Below the pieces are notes generated by a model. The model was not told the DNA's origin. It made no database searches and saw only the letters and a list, made by a program, of their open reading frames with translations. A program made the translations under genes and the position numbers. From contig CAYFOE010000002.1 of assembly GCA_964344635.1 (NCBI GenBank), forward strand, positions 34,953 through 98,952: DNA of 64,000 bases, given 5' to 3'. Positions 35,901 to 43,272 of the stretch are shown in pieces. Position 1 is the stretch's first letter; each line of letters begins with the position of its first letter. Origin of the DNA: Candidatus Woesearchaeota archaeon (GTDB lineage Archaea > Nanobdellota > Nanobdellia > SCGC-AAA011-G17 > UBA489).

Positions 35901-36657
35901 CTAAGAGATTTCCAATTTCCTTATAGTTTAGAGGCTCTATGGCTTCTTCTTCAAAAATGACGTTTCCTGTGATGCTTGGGGCTTCAAAATCTTCTTCGGT
36001 TTCACTTTCATAAACTAGGTAAGTGTCTCCCGAGTTAATATCTGATAAAAACACTTTTGCGGAACCGTCATCTAATGAAACAAACTCTCCGCTAACTTTC
36101 AAACTGTCTAGTCTCTCAATTCCTGAGACGGTTAGTGTATATTCTTGGCTTACATCAATAATTGATTTGAGGTTATGCTCGCCGTAAAGGGTTTCTTTTT
36201 TGTCAAAGAATATTGCGTCGCCTGTGATTTTATTTCCTCCTAAAACTGCATTTCCGGTTAAATGGTTTCCTCCTTCAGAGAATACGTTGAAGTCTACTGC
36301 AAATCCGCTGATAGCTCCTGAGTCACTTACAATTCCTATGATTCCTCCAAAGAACATGAATCCTGCAAGCATTACAACTAATACGAAAGATAGGAATATT
36401 CTGTCATGAAATTTTATTTGGTCATGTCGACTTAATTTGTGAACTCTTCGAGGGTTCAAGGATTTCTTGAGGGTTGCACTACTTCTTTTTTCAACGTCTT
36501 TGGACGTTTCTTGTTTAAGAATTTTTAGTTTAGCTTTTGCTTTTTTCAAGTCGCTGCCAAGATAAACGGATTTCACTTTACCGTCTTTCATCCTTACACT
36601 GTCATAGTAGTAAGGTCCAGATTTCTTACCTTTCTTTGTAATGTATTTTTTATACAA
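29980..36657 (-). CDS. giant (about 2225-aa) type-II-anchored surface protein with multiple LamG (ConA-like lectin) domains and many N-glycosylation sequons; candidate adhesin
   Basis: Cytoplasmic basic N-terminus (KKGKKSGPYYYDSVRMKDGKVKSVYLG), then a TM segment IFLSFVLVVMLAGFMFFGGIIGIV. LamG patterns include GGHYEFDGTGDWLHLG...WVKS, and KLGGTFFSKATSDTSRVNFGD...ISYAFWVKP...FAIRM. The tabulated start is a TTG (36657); the first ATG is at 36591. Confidence 0.6.
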   Translation of the reverse strand: MYKKYITKKGKKSGPYYYDSVRMKDGKVKSVYLGSDLKKAKAKLKILKQETSKDVEKRSSATLKKSLNPRRVHKLSRHDQIKFHDRIFLSFVLVVMLAGFMFFGGIIGIVSDSGAISGFAVDFNVFSEGGNHLTGNAVLGGNKITGDAIFFDKKETLYGEHNLKSIIDVSQEYTLTVSGIERLDSLKVSGEFVSLDDGSAKVFLSDINSGDTYLVYESETEEDFEAPSITGNVIFEEEAIEPLNYKEIGNLLEDFGVLNSRGENVIYNYLNSTNESFILGLGDFLEIKYPEKGGWLAYEEYSARGLIEPVNISFEKVFGFDFSGLNFSKFNESNLTLSSTAEGEYLYGCSLWDFEYGICLTNWEYLLDINISENYTINLTNEIVAFAEGVFEIKKEDVEDVEEEIEIVEEEVKEDLLKDYLESLNISNHTIEEFENVCEDACRLRNAIGREYIIKFYIQDSVLGLESLEIGYGPLEGANYSIELRDSDGFNVLIIEDDFEDNDSSKSNTSSEEEAGDVVDKGSYTEEVIQYGAVIGEPVQWKKKIVLGSEQSNVEFDMPEEAGNISLKKILNGRQGEIESAELDEGNGTIIELGVGSDSFIDQLVNRITGNAITGMAVADSLKEQVNDTILVNDKVDEIIVEYETPAPTIQIETLNNGMKIILGSVVEYKDVLSFANIPESDLKDIYLFNLQGKNDTKRVKINFTGHDTNEDGKIDYIEWIVPVLGNETYELLISSVTVEHRDKTDRYISNLEATTIAQDGVYGSKIHHGEYLRVVFEGNLTGENSIGMYLRNVQESKNLFEIYTSDLKNKIMDSSLIIGEGYYSLNLDGFNGSSNEFNLKVMNKNLIDDAYLEWDLIEDPIFENGFNVTVMESVEDGRGVLVNVFLEVKSDTGDLIYGRNGTVHNLSVVPGMYDIIYKPSSGKIKQVIFDDYNVASPINQLVDLDESFELEEFQKTYAINPKTENFTNATVTVVATADTLYKCQEWNYTEQSCGGSWKLLKTGLTPGEEYNITLYPNDPGFGEINISAAQHLDENYSFISDVYNESRYLDGNWTEFINHTEIIRAEFIQNLTANHHVKIYVRNVQGANTRVEVYVANTTSLVATFPIIDSEGYYKAYLTDMVGMNDTFDLKVINEDGLTEKYLEFDHITDPNEVSNVTLESPVNNSHFDAGTAGVELQVRVEDDLLPVDNVTLSIYGASNANPSLHDLLYKFNVSNGTQITYNWSKYPFDIVADTQYGFHFDEVLGVGETPNLVLDWAGNKNGTPAGNAVVNFSNDVFGGHYEFDGTGDWLHLGTGYTEIQHGWNLTWMGWVKSNDLSQNGFIASQGVYDPTLAPGKYVGWFIGQKSGAITVIQGNGAAEKNTDTAGFFDTAGEWNHVALTKYKNGSYTLYKNGIVIDTYENAQAMYTAAILSHRLAAGASTGGGNPVPWDGGLDDVILINRTLTGSEINDTLKLTSATHYWNASGDDSELVNNSELFNFGLGILSNTAPKITLNAPANTTNFTDTGEILLNSTVYDSTDSLTFVTIYGSSGQSKSDVAYSDMLYQNQSWQNNTDLTYNWTAPVLVPDGNYLLLAHFDNNTKYGENSTRVFDFADADGVQNGTIESNARINKSGGKLGGTFFSKATSDTSRVNFGDQDDWMRNNNISYAFWVKPRFIGNTRGIFDKRASSNGFAIRMVSDELRLKLGTTTTILDGAFEIDTWTHIVVSFNESDQVSVYRNGIFNTSYTFVPFTENNIGDVYIGTGRNDFDTAAYPFNGSIDEFAILNKSLNASEVLDMYRLKAGDHSWFIEAYDHDDEESISDLLNESESWMFTVDRKPEISDLSIGPTGVNRTTGINCTFTATDDVDGTVDLTIKYYNQTTLFATNSPTGIPSGYPYTDNLSAFTYNHFENYSCNVTATDSRSSVSDQVDSDYIFIENYEPGTAILNTPINTTTHTNRTPTFNWTPANEFARLPAVGNSSCVSEGEFFCQDRTSDPDQDQVDYDINISCFLVGGGSCDDARTYTVEENSTNCDANANGYLDNEDNCTFTLPTDLIYFYDDNRYYEWTVKTSDPYVTEENVPDTFYYNLSVYVALDILDQVVDFGLLGLGVRSETSGCDLATQTPTPCPIWIENSGNVDADVNITGPSVAFWTTQSLPHSIDYFSVKVGDGTEGTSFDAADSNITYRIMPASGADEKFINNLSKDDASDEARIDFNISVPDEEIVGAKGMVLELTTWYGEVGGG

Positions 36658-36734
36658 CCCAAATCCCTCTTTTAAAAATTAAACAATTGTTAGGAAAAAA
36701 GTTGCACTACAGCATTATAAATATTATGGTTAAC

Positions 36735-37742
36735 CTATAATGGCAGATTATTAGTTCCATCTACATGGAATCTATAACTGAAGGCAGTTTTACCATTGTC
36801 TGCTTCGTCTAGATCACTGACTACATACCTGATATCCACTTTATCGCTATCTGCAATTATTTCGTAGTATCCTACTTCATCTGATCCCCAGATACCTTCG
36901 CTATAGTCTGCAACACCGTTATAATCGTAATCCATTACATCCATAAACCAAGGGAGTTTAGCCCAGGGAGCTCCAACTCCTGAGGATTTTCCTCCGGAGA
37001 TGTAATAAACACCCTCGCCATGGTTGGTTGCGTTTTGTTTTTCACCAATAACTGCCACGTGATCGTGACTCAAGAAGAAGAACTGGCCGTTATATTTCTT
37101 CATTAGATCGTGTAAGATTCTTTGTTCTCCTAGGAATGTACCATTGATCAAACCGTTGTCGGTTGCTCTCAAACTACTTCTCCCGTAATAATAGCAAGAT
37201 ACTGAGGGGTTAGGATCTGTAACTCCTCCGTCCATGTGTTCCATGAATACAAATTTCCAAGTTCTGTCTGAGGTTTTTAGTACTTCTTCGAACCATGCTA
37301 GTTGCTCTTTTCCGAGAGTCCAATCATCAACGTCTTGGGGGATGTCGTCTGGTCCACGCATTACGTTTAAGACAATTATCTGAACGTCTCCTGAAGTAAA
37401 TGTGTAATAGTCTCCTTTAGGGTGTCCGATGAATGTATCGCTTGGATTTGGCAAGTATTTCATTCGTGCTGTGTGACTTAAGTTGGTTAGTTCATATGAA
37501 TGGTTACATTGGTTGAATGAACTGTATGGGTCGCCAAAACTTGTTTCTCCATCGTGGTTCCCTAATTTATACACTAAGGGTAGTGAATCTGTGATTGCTC
37601 CGTAGACTTTTTCTCCAAGTATTAGTTCATATCTTAATTCTGCTTCTCTAATGTTTTCAACGCTGGTATCTCCTGAATATTCTCCGTTCACATTACAACC
37701 ATTGCAACCTGAACAGTGAGTCATTGCTTCGTCTCCGCCCAT
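36735..37742 (-). CDS. purple-acid-phosphatase-like metallophosphoesterase, C-terminal part (motifs GD.., GNHD, downstream His motifs)
   Basis: Starts MGGDEAM; ...EYSGDTSV...LVYKLGNHDGE...FLSHDHVAV. The ATG overlaps the TAA of 37742..38341 (TAATG). The tabulated ORF extends to a TTG at 37850. Confidence 0.45.
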   Translation of the reverse strand: MGGDEAMTHCSGCNGCNVNGEYSGDTSVENIREAELRYELILGEKVYGAITDSLPLVYKLGNHDGETSFGDPYSSFNQCNHSYELTNLSHTARMKYLPNPSDTFIGHPKGDYYTFTSGDVQIIVLNVMRGPDDIPQDVDDWTLGKEQLAWFEEVLKTSDRTWKFVFMEHMDGGVTDPNPSVSCYYYGRSSLRATDNGLINGTFLGEQRILHDLMKKYNGQFFFLSHDHVAVIGEKQNATNHGEGVYYISGGKSSGVGAPWAKLPWFMDVMDYDYNGVADYSEGIWGSDEVGYYEIIADSDKVDIRYVVSDLDEADNGKTAFSYRFHVDGTNNLPL

Positions 37743-38341
37743 TACAAAGAATCTGCTTGTGGTGTGTAGGTTCTTACATTTTCCAGGGTTAGTTTGTGTA
37801 GGTCCATTCCATCGATAGCTCTTTGATTGGGAACTCCTCCAGGAATGCAAACTCCATTCCTATTCCCTCTGGAATACAGGCCGTAGTAGTGTGAATCTGC
37901 CATAGCGATGAAAGTCACTGCTTTGTCATCGTTTCTATCTTTTAGGGTTCTAAAGGTGTATTCTTCTCTGACACCAAAGTCTGTATCATTTGCGCCTTTG
38001 CAATTAGTCCTATAGAAGTATCTTTTTCCTGGATTAAGACCGTTCAGATTAAAAGTTACTCTTTCTCCAGCTAAAATTGATTGTGTTGCGGTTGATCTAA
38101 TGTATTTTCCTTTTTTCTTTCCGTATTCAATAAAGATTTCTGCATCTTCTTTTGGGACCATGCTAACTTGCATTACATTGTAATATGGGTTAGACAGTGT
38201 TTCTTCAACAACGAATTCAATGTCACAGGTGTATTTTTTTAGATCTACAAGGTTTTGTGCATATATTGAGTGAATTGAAACTATTGCTACGAACAAAAAT
38301 ATTATTGCAGAGAAAATAACTGATGCTCTTTTTGTATACAT
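37742..38341 (-). CDS. purple-acid-phosphatase-like protein, N-terminal part (signal peptide, FN3-like PAP N-domain, first metal-binding motif)
   Basis: Signal peptide MYTKRASVIFSAIIFLFVAIVSIHSIYA, an FN3-like region, then VTFIAMADSHYYG (D and H of motif I). Ends just before the remaining phosphoesterase motifs, which continue in 36735..37742. Confidence 0.45.
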   Translation of the reverse strand: MYTKRASVIFSAIIFLFVAIVSIHSIYAQNLVDLKKYTCDIEFVVEETLSNPYYNVMQVSMVPKEDAEIFIEYGKKKGKYIRSTATQSILAGERVTFNLNGLNPGKRYFYRTNCKGANDTDFGVREEYTFRTLKDRNDDKAVTFIAMADSHYYGLYSRGNRNGVCIPGGVPNQRAIDGMDLHKLTLENVRTYTPQADSL

Positions 38342-38415
38342 GAACTTTAGAAATAATTCTTCAGTTTATAAGATTTCTTACAATAAAAGATATAATAAAA
38401 TTTTAAATTTTAACC

Positions 38416-38814
38416 CTAATTTACATAGGATTGAAATGATAAGTCTACTTCTGTAGAACCATCTCTTAATTTAAATCTGTGATTCACATGAGTATCTACA
38501 TACTGCCTACTTCTGTCTTCGTAAGAAACTATGGATCTTCCAAGAAATCCACCGTAACTGTCTATTCCGTCAAAAGATTTTGCCATGTCTGTATAAGCAT
38601 TTCTGAATTCATCAGAATCGGTAAAGGGCACTAATATGTCTATGTCTCTATATTGTCTTGGCATTCCTCTGAGTGCATTTTTCATTGCAGAGCCTGTTAA
38701 CATATATTCTAGTCCTCTTGATTCAAGAAAGTTGGTTACTGCGTTAAATAATTTAAGGTCTTTTCCTTTGATTAGACTTTTGTCAATTCCGTCTGTTTTT
38801 TGATGCAGTTCCAT
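38416..38814 (-). CDS. minimal nucleotidyltransferase-fold protein (pol-beta superfamily, MNT-like)
   Basis: LTGSAMKNALRGMPRQYRDIDILVPF matches G[SG]-x(9-13)-DhDhhV. 132 aa. No adjacent HEPN partner recognised. Confidence 0.4.
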   Translation of the reverse strand: MELHQKTDGIDKSLIKGKDLKLFNAVTNFLESRGLEYMLTGSAMKNALRGMPRQYRDIDILVPFTDSDEFRNAYTDMAKSFDGIDSYGGFLGRSIVSYEDRSRQYVDTHVNHRFKLRDGSTEVDLSFQSYVN

Positions 38815-38884
38815 TTTGAGTGTTAGTTTTGTTATTTTTGATTATGATAAAAAGAAAAAAAAAGAGGGGTTAACCTCTGTTTTC

Positions 38885-40192
38885 TTACTTACCTGGGTAA
38901 TATTGGTAGTAGGTTTGGCCTTCAAGAGCGCTTGTCTCTTCGTCTTCATCGTCGCCTCTAACTTTTCTAAAAGCGATGATAACCGCCAAAGCAACCAATA
39001 CAATCAGTAAGATAAAGAAGATTGCAGTTAATACTGATTTAACAGTATCGTTTGTTCTTACAATTTCTTCAGCTTCTACTCTTGTAGTGAATACTAATTC
39101 GCTTAGAACGTCTGTTCCAAGGGAAACTTTTGCTACCCATGTGTAAGCTGCAGTTTCTGCTGAGTCGTATGGTGTTACAAGGATTGTAACTTCGCCAGTT
39201 GAATCAGGCATAACGGTTAGGAAACTTGGTTGAACTGTAGCTTCTCCCCATGCTGATACTCCATCAACACTTACTGAGTAAACTCCAGGTTCTAAACCTA
39301 GGTTAGCCATCATTACCTTGTATTCTACTGCTTCTCCAGCATTAACTGTTTTTGAACTTGAGTCACTGTTGATAACTGTTTGTGCTCCAGGTCCTTGTGT
39401 TACACCTTCAACGTTCAAGTCTAATGATCTTGTCAAGAAGCTGTGGCCTCTATCATATTCAACATCGATTTGAACAGTGTATGTTCCTGTTGCAGCGTCA
39501 GCAGGGATTCTCAATAATAGGTCCATTTGCTTGCTGTTATCTTGTCTCAAGTGGTCTTCATTCTCTTCCTGTGTTTCGGTGTTTAACTCGTCAAGGTAAT
39601 TAACGGTGCTAACTCCTAGTTCAGGAATAGATGCTGTAATCTTGATATCGTTTTCTTCTTTTTCACCTAAGTTTTCTAATCTTACTGTAACAAATAGTGA
39701 GTTACCAGCGCCGATTGTGCTGCTTGGGTTCAATAGAACGTCATAGATTGCTAAATTGTGTCTTGATTCATCAATGAATAAGCTAAACTCTTCTGTAACC
39801 ATGTCGGTCTTGTCTGAAGCTTCAATTCTCAAGGTGTATTCCTCGGAAGAATCAATGTCTTCAGGTACGTATATTGTTAGAGTTTTCTTGTAGGTTCTTC
39901 CTTCATCAATTGAAAACATTTCAGTTGAATCTGAAACTGAACCGTACTCGTAGCCCATTAATTTAGCTGTAACTCTTAGATCATCTTTAGTTGCATTTGC
40001 TTCCAAATACACTTCGATTTCTAAGATTTCTCCCCTCTCAACGTCAAGGGAAGTACCTGCCATGTTCAGATCATTTACTTCAACGGAACTAATTATATAG
40101 TCGTCAGCACTAACTGATACGGATGCACCAACTAGGGCAATAAATGCTAGAACAAAAAAGGTAAATTTCTTCATGTGTCTTGTCATTTCCAT
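38885..40192 (-). CDS. abundant-type surface (S-layer-like) protein: signal peptide, beta-sandwich repeats, C-terminal TM and acidic tail
   Basis: MKKFTFFVLAFIALVGASVSVSA (alternative start at 40174), C-terminal FFILLIVLVALAVIIAF then RKVRGDDEDEE. Confidence 0.5.
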   Translation of the reverse strand: MEMTRHMKKFTFFVLAFIALVGASVSVSADDYIISSVEVNDLNMAGTSLDVERGEILEIEVYLEANATKDDLRVTAKLMGYEYGSVSDSTEMFSIDEGRTYKKTLTIYVPEDIDSSEEYTLRIEASDKTDMVTEEFSLFIDESRHNLAIYDVLLNPSSTIGAGNSLFVTVRLENLGEKEENDIKITASIPELGVSTVNYLDELNTETQEENEDHLRQDNSKQMDLLLRIPADAATGTYTVQIDVEYDRGHSFLTRSLDLNVEGVTQGPGAQTVINSDSSSKTVNAGEAVEYKVMMANLGLEPGVYSVSVDGVSAWGEATVQPSFLTVMPDSTGEVTILVTPYDSAETAAYTWVAKVSLGTDVLSELVFTTRVEAEEIVRTNDTVKSVLTAIFFILLIVLVALAVIIAFRKVRGDDEDEETSALEGQTYYQYYPGK

Positions 40193-40405
40193 TTTTTTAG
40201 TTAACCCCCCTAAGGATCATAATTTGTCAGTTTCATTTTATAAAACTGTTACTATTGCTCGGTTAAGAATGCTATATAAACCTTTCGATAGCAAATATAT
40301 TTTTTATTACTTACTAATAATAATATATTACAGAGCCTCTATTTGCCATCTACATTATCTATCCCAGAAGCTTTTTAAATTAAACCCACAAAAACATTAG
40401 TCAAA

Positions 40406-40479
40406 GGGGATATAGCATAACCTGGCTAGTGTGGTCGGCTCCAGACCGATTGATTCAGGTTCGAATCCTGATATCCCCA
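40406..40479 (+). tRNA. tRNA, most likely Trp (anticodon CCA), intronless, no encoded CCA
   Basis: GGGGATA...GTCGG-CTCCAGA-CCGAT..TCAGG-TTCGAAT-CCTGA-TATCCCC-A. The register giving U33-CCA-G37 is preferred over a CUC reading with G33. TTTTTAAATTAAA lies about 30 nt upstream. Confidence 0.55.
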
Positions 40480-40481
40480 TA

Positions 40482-40871
40482 CTATTCCTCAAATTCTTTC
40501 TTAAAGGTGGAGGCTATGTCTATTACATACTTTCCGTCTGATAATTTATAGACTAATGGTTCACCCTTGAACAGGTCAACTAAATCTATTTCAAAATGGC
40601 CTGGCTTCAAAACACGGATAGATTCCAGATCTAAAACGACTGGCAAATCTTTTGAAACTTCGGTCTCAGTCTTATCTCCGACTAATTCCATAGCATCTTT
40701 TTCAATCTGCTTTTTATCGTTATCAGTTAATTTGGTTGTAAGTTTTTTTGCTTCCTCAACTGACTTTTCCTTCATAAAAAAGAAAAATCTTCCGCCACAA
40801 CTACATCCAGTGAGAACTTCTCTAGATCCATCCTCGTATAATTTAGAACATCTAACACATTGGTGAGGCAT
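40482..40871 (-). CDS. zinc-ribbon protein (archaeal DUF2072-like), third gene of the GTPase triad
   Basis: MPHQCVRCSKLYEDGSREVLTGCSCGG. 129 aa. Its ATG abuts the stop of the upstream gene. Confidence 0.4.
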   Translation of the reverse strand: MPHQCVRCSKLYEDGSREVLTGCSCGGRFFFFMKEKSVEEAKKLTTKLTDNDKKQIEKDAMELVGDKTETEVSKDLPVVLDLESIRVLKPGHFEIDLVDLFKGEPLVYKLSDGKYVIDIASTFKKEFEE

Positions 40872-41366
40872 TTACTTGCGCCCCCTCTTAACGGTTCTTC
40901 TTGCAGTCCTAACAGTTCTTTTCTTAGAAGCCTTTTTTGTAGTCTTCTTAGCCCTCTTACTGCTTGCTTTCTTCCTTGGTTTAGAAGCAAATGCTCCCAT
41001 CCCAGGCATGGTAAATAGTTCAATCTTGTTAGGATTCCTTCTAATTTCCTTAACAACTGTTGAAGGACCGATTATAGTAACTCCATCCCTATTACCTATC
41101 AGAAACTTCACCATTTCTTTCTTAATTTTATTAAAAAATTGTAAATTGTTTTCTTCAGGATAAATTGTACAGATTTCAACACCAATGAATTTCTTGTGAA
41201 TCTGAGACATAGTCTCCATAATCAATAAAGTTTCTTCTTCAGGTTTCAACCTACCTTGCATCAGAACTATCTTATCCTGTTTAACTATATTCAAAAGTTT
41301 ATCAATTCTATCTTTTGAAGATAAATTTTCAATCTCTCCGTATGGCACAAATTGTAATGTTAACAT
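40872..41366 (-). CDS. conserved archaeal protein (DUF2073-like) with a Lys/Arg-rich C-terminal tail
   Basis: 164 aa. C-terminal tail KPRKKASSKRAKKTTKKASKKRTVRTARRTVKRGRK. Confidence 0.4.
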   Translation of the reverse strand: MLTLQFVPYGEIENLSSKDRIDKLLNIVKQDKIVLMQGRLKPEEETLLIMETMSQIHKKFIGVEICTIYPEENNLQFFNKIKKEMVKFLIGNRDGVTIIGPSTVVKEIRRNPNKIELFTMPGMGAFASKPRKKASSKRAKKTTKKASKKRTVRTARRTVKRGRK

Positions 41367-41377
41367 CTTATCACCTC

Positions 41378-42163
41378 TTAAATGAGTCTGAACAATGATT
41401 CATAAAATTCCTCCATGTTCTTTCCCTTCTCAGCACTAATTCCTACAACATCGTATTGGGGGAATGCATTTTCGACTCTTCTAATATTAGATTTCCTTAA
41501 ATCGGATTTGTTTGCAACAATTAAAACAGGGATGTCTCTTGCTGCTAGATTACCTATTATAGTAACATTAACTTGAGAATATGGATTTTCAGTTGAATCT
41601 AGAACCACTAAGCATACATCAACTTGATCTAACCACTTAATTGCTTCAATAACTCCTTTTGTTGCTTCTTTGGCTCTATCTTTAGCTTGCTTATTCTTCA
41701 TCTTAAATGTCAAGAATTCTTCAAAGTCAATCTTTGTTGCAATACCTGGAGTATCTACAATGTTGAAAGACATTTCTTTATCGTTATACTTGATGGTTAC
41801 TTGTTCTTTAACTTGAACATTTCTTGTTTCGTGAGGTATCTTAGAAACTGATCCCATCCTTTCACCTAACCAATCTTTACAGATTTTATTTGCCAAGGTT
41901 GTCTTTCCAGCGTTAGGCGGACCATAAATTCCTAATTTGATGTCCTTCTTTTTAGCGAACATCTTGTTGATCATTCTTCTAACAAAATTTCTAATAAATT
42001 TAACAACTAAACCGTCTTCTTTCTTCTCAACTTTTTTTGTTTCTTTCTTAGTTTTAGCTACTTTCTTTGTTGTCTTTGAAGTTTTAGCTCTAGAACTCTT
42101 TGGTTTGGCCCTGCTTCTCTTTGCAGTTTTTGCTCTTTTTTTTGCAGTTTTTTTTGCCGCCAT
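41378..42163 (-). CDS. small GTPase (P-loop, NKxD) with a histone-H1-like Lys/Ala-rich N-terminal tail
   Basis: Tail MAAKKTAKKRAKTAKRSRAKPKSSRAKTSKTTKKVAKTKKETKK, P-loop GPPNAGKTTLANKI, G4 motif LIVANKSDL. Confidence 0.6.
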   Translation of the reverse strand: MAAKKTAKKRAKTAKRSRAKPKSSRAKTSKTTKKVAKTKKETKKVEKKEDGLVVKFIRNFVRRMINKMFAKKKDIKLGIYGPPNAGKTTLANKICKDWLGERMGSVSKIPHETRNVQVKEQVTIKYNDKEMSFNIVDTPGIATKIDFEEFLTFKMKNKQAKDRAKEATKGVIEAIKWLDQVDVCLVVLDSTENPYSQVNVTIIGNLAARDIPVLIVANKSDLRKSNIRRVENAFPQYDVVGISAEKGKNMEEFYESLFRLI

Positions 42164-42246
42164 TAAAATATCATCCTCTTGCGAAGTTACACAACCTAAA
42201 AATAAATTTTACATTTTTAAGTATTTCGTTGCTAAAAAGCCTATTG

Positions 42247-42678
42247 TTAAATATCTAGGACCACAGACGCCTTATAAACGCCCTTTTCCTTAATCAAACT
42301 AAATCTGTGCATTGTAACTGCTTTGACATCAACTTTCAAACTTTGGGTTTCAGGATTGATTAAATCTCCGACAAATTTAACTTTCAATACGTATTTTCCA
42401 TTATTTTTAACAATCTCAACCTTGGACTCCTTGAACAAAACTGAATTAACGTCTTTTAGATAAACAATTTCTTCTAGAAAGTCATAAAGTAGTTTTTCAA
42501 GATTTTCATTTGAACTAACGTATCCTTCAATAACAGAATCTCCTAAAGTTTTTACATCAACCATGGTGTCAAAAACCGCGTCTGCGCAAGCTTCAAAAAC
42601 TTCATTCAAAGTACTGCCTTTGGCTTCAAATGCAACATCTGCAATTGCAACGTCCTCTAAAAATTTGTGCGATTTCAT
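42247..42678 (-). CDS. archease (RtcB cofactor)
   Basis: MKSHKFLEDVAIADVAFEAKGSTLNEVFEACADAVFDTMVD. 143 aa. Lies immediately downstream of the rtcB operon genes. Confidence 0.7.
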   Translation of the reverse strand: MKSHKFLEDVAIADVAFEAKGSTLNEVFEACADAVFDTMVDVKTLGDSVIEGYVSSNENLEKLLYDFLEEIVYLKDVNSVLFKESKVEIVKNNGKYVLKVKFVGDLINPETQSLKVDVKAVTMHRFSLIKEKGVYKASVVLDI

Positions 42679-42681
42679 TTA

Positions 42682-43236
42682 CTAATAATTCCTCACTTCC
42701 CATATAACTGTGTTTCGTCCTGGAATATCTCCCAAACAATAAGCATAGGTGCTGAACTCTACAACGTGGTCTTCGAACATATCTAATAAAGCTTCCAAGT
42801 CTGCATAGCTTGAAGGCGTCATTGTTTTTTCTAAAATTTTTTTTGCAATGAGTCCGCTTACGTTTTTTGCGTCTTTTCTAATCATAGCATCCCTCATTTT
42901 CATCTGTTTTGTTGAATAAAATAAGTCTAAACCTCTAAAACTTCTTTGAACTTCGCCTTGTATGACTAAGTCATGGTCGGGAGCACTTTCATTAAAAGAG
43001 ATCCTCGAAACGTCCAAGCCTTTTTTTGTCCATATTTTTCCAACAGAGTCTATTTTATCTAATTCGACTTCGTAAGCATATTCTGAACCTCCGCCGTTTC
43101 CACGATAACGCATAGTTACGGTTCCTTCATAGCCACTCTCAAGAATTTCTTCTTTGGAACCCCAGGTTCTTAATTTATTTCCAAAAACTCCCGATTGTAA
43201 TAACTCAAAATTTCTGATTTTACTATTAACTTCCAT
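42682..43236 (-). CDS. uncharacterised protein encoded between rtcB and archease (3-nt and 36-nt gaps)
   Basis: 184-aa ORF with an ATG start, tightly packed in the operon, no recognisable motifs. Confidence 0.35.
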   Translation of the reverse strand: MEVNSKIRNFELLQSGVFGNKLRTWGSKEEILESGYEGTVTMRYRGNGGGSEYAYEVELDKIDSVGKIWTKKGLDVSRISFNESAPDHDLVIQGEVQRSFRGLDLFYSTKQMKMRDAMIRKDAKNVSGLIAKKILEKTMTPSSYADLEALLDMFEDHVVEFSTYAYCLGDIPGRNTVIWEVRNY

Positions 43237-43272
43237 TTAGTGTTAATCTAAAAAATTAATAAAAAAAGATTT

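Noticed and set aside
36735-37850. Reading 36735..37850 and 37742..38341 as a simple frameshift producing a 108-nt overlap
   Set aside because: The upstream part of the 36735..37850 ORF begins at a TTG and translates as low-quality sequence. An in-frame ATG at 37742 overlaps the TAA of the upstream ORF (TAATG). It is therefore better described as two abutting ORFs (a split gene or ancestral frameshift) than as a long overlap.
40406-40479. Alternative reading of this tRNA as tRNA-Glu (CUC)
   Set aside because: That register puts G at position 33, which is almost invariably U. The register giving anticodon CCA has U33 and a purine at 37 with a 5-bp stem, so Trp is preferred. Not confirmed with a tRNA scanner.
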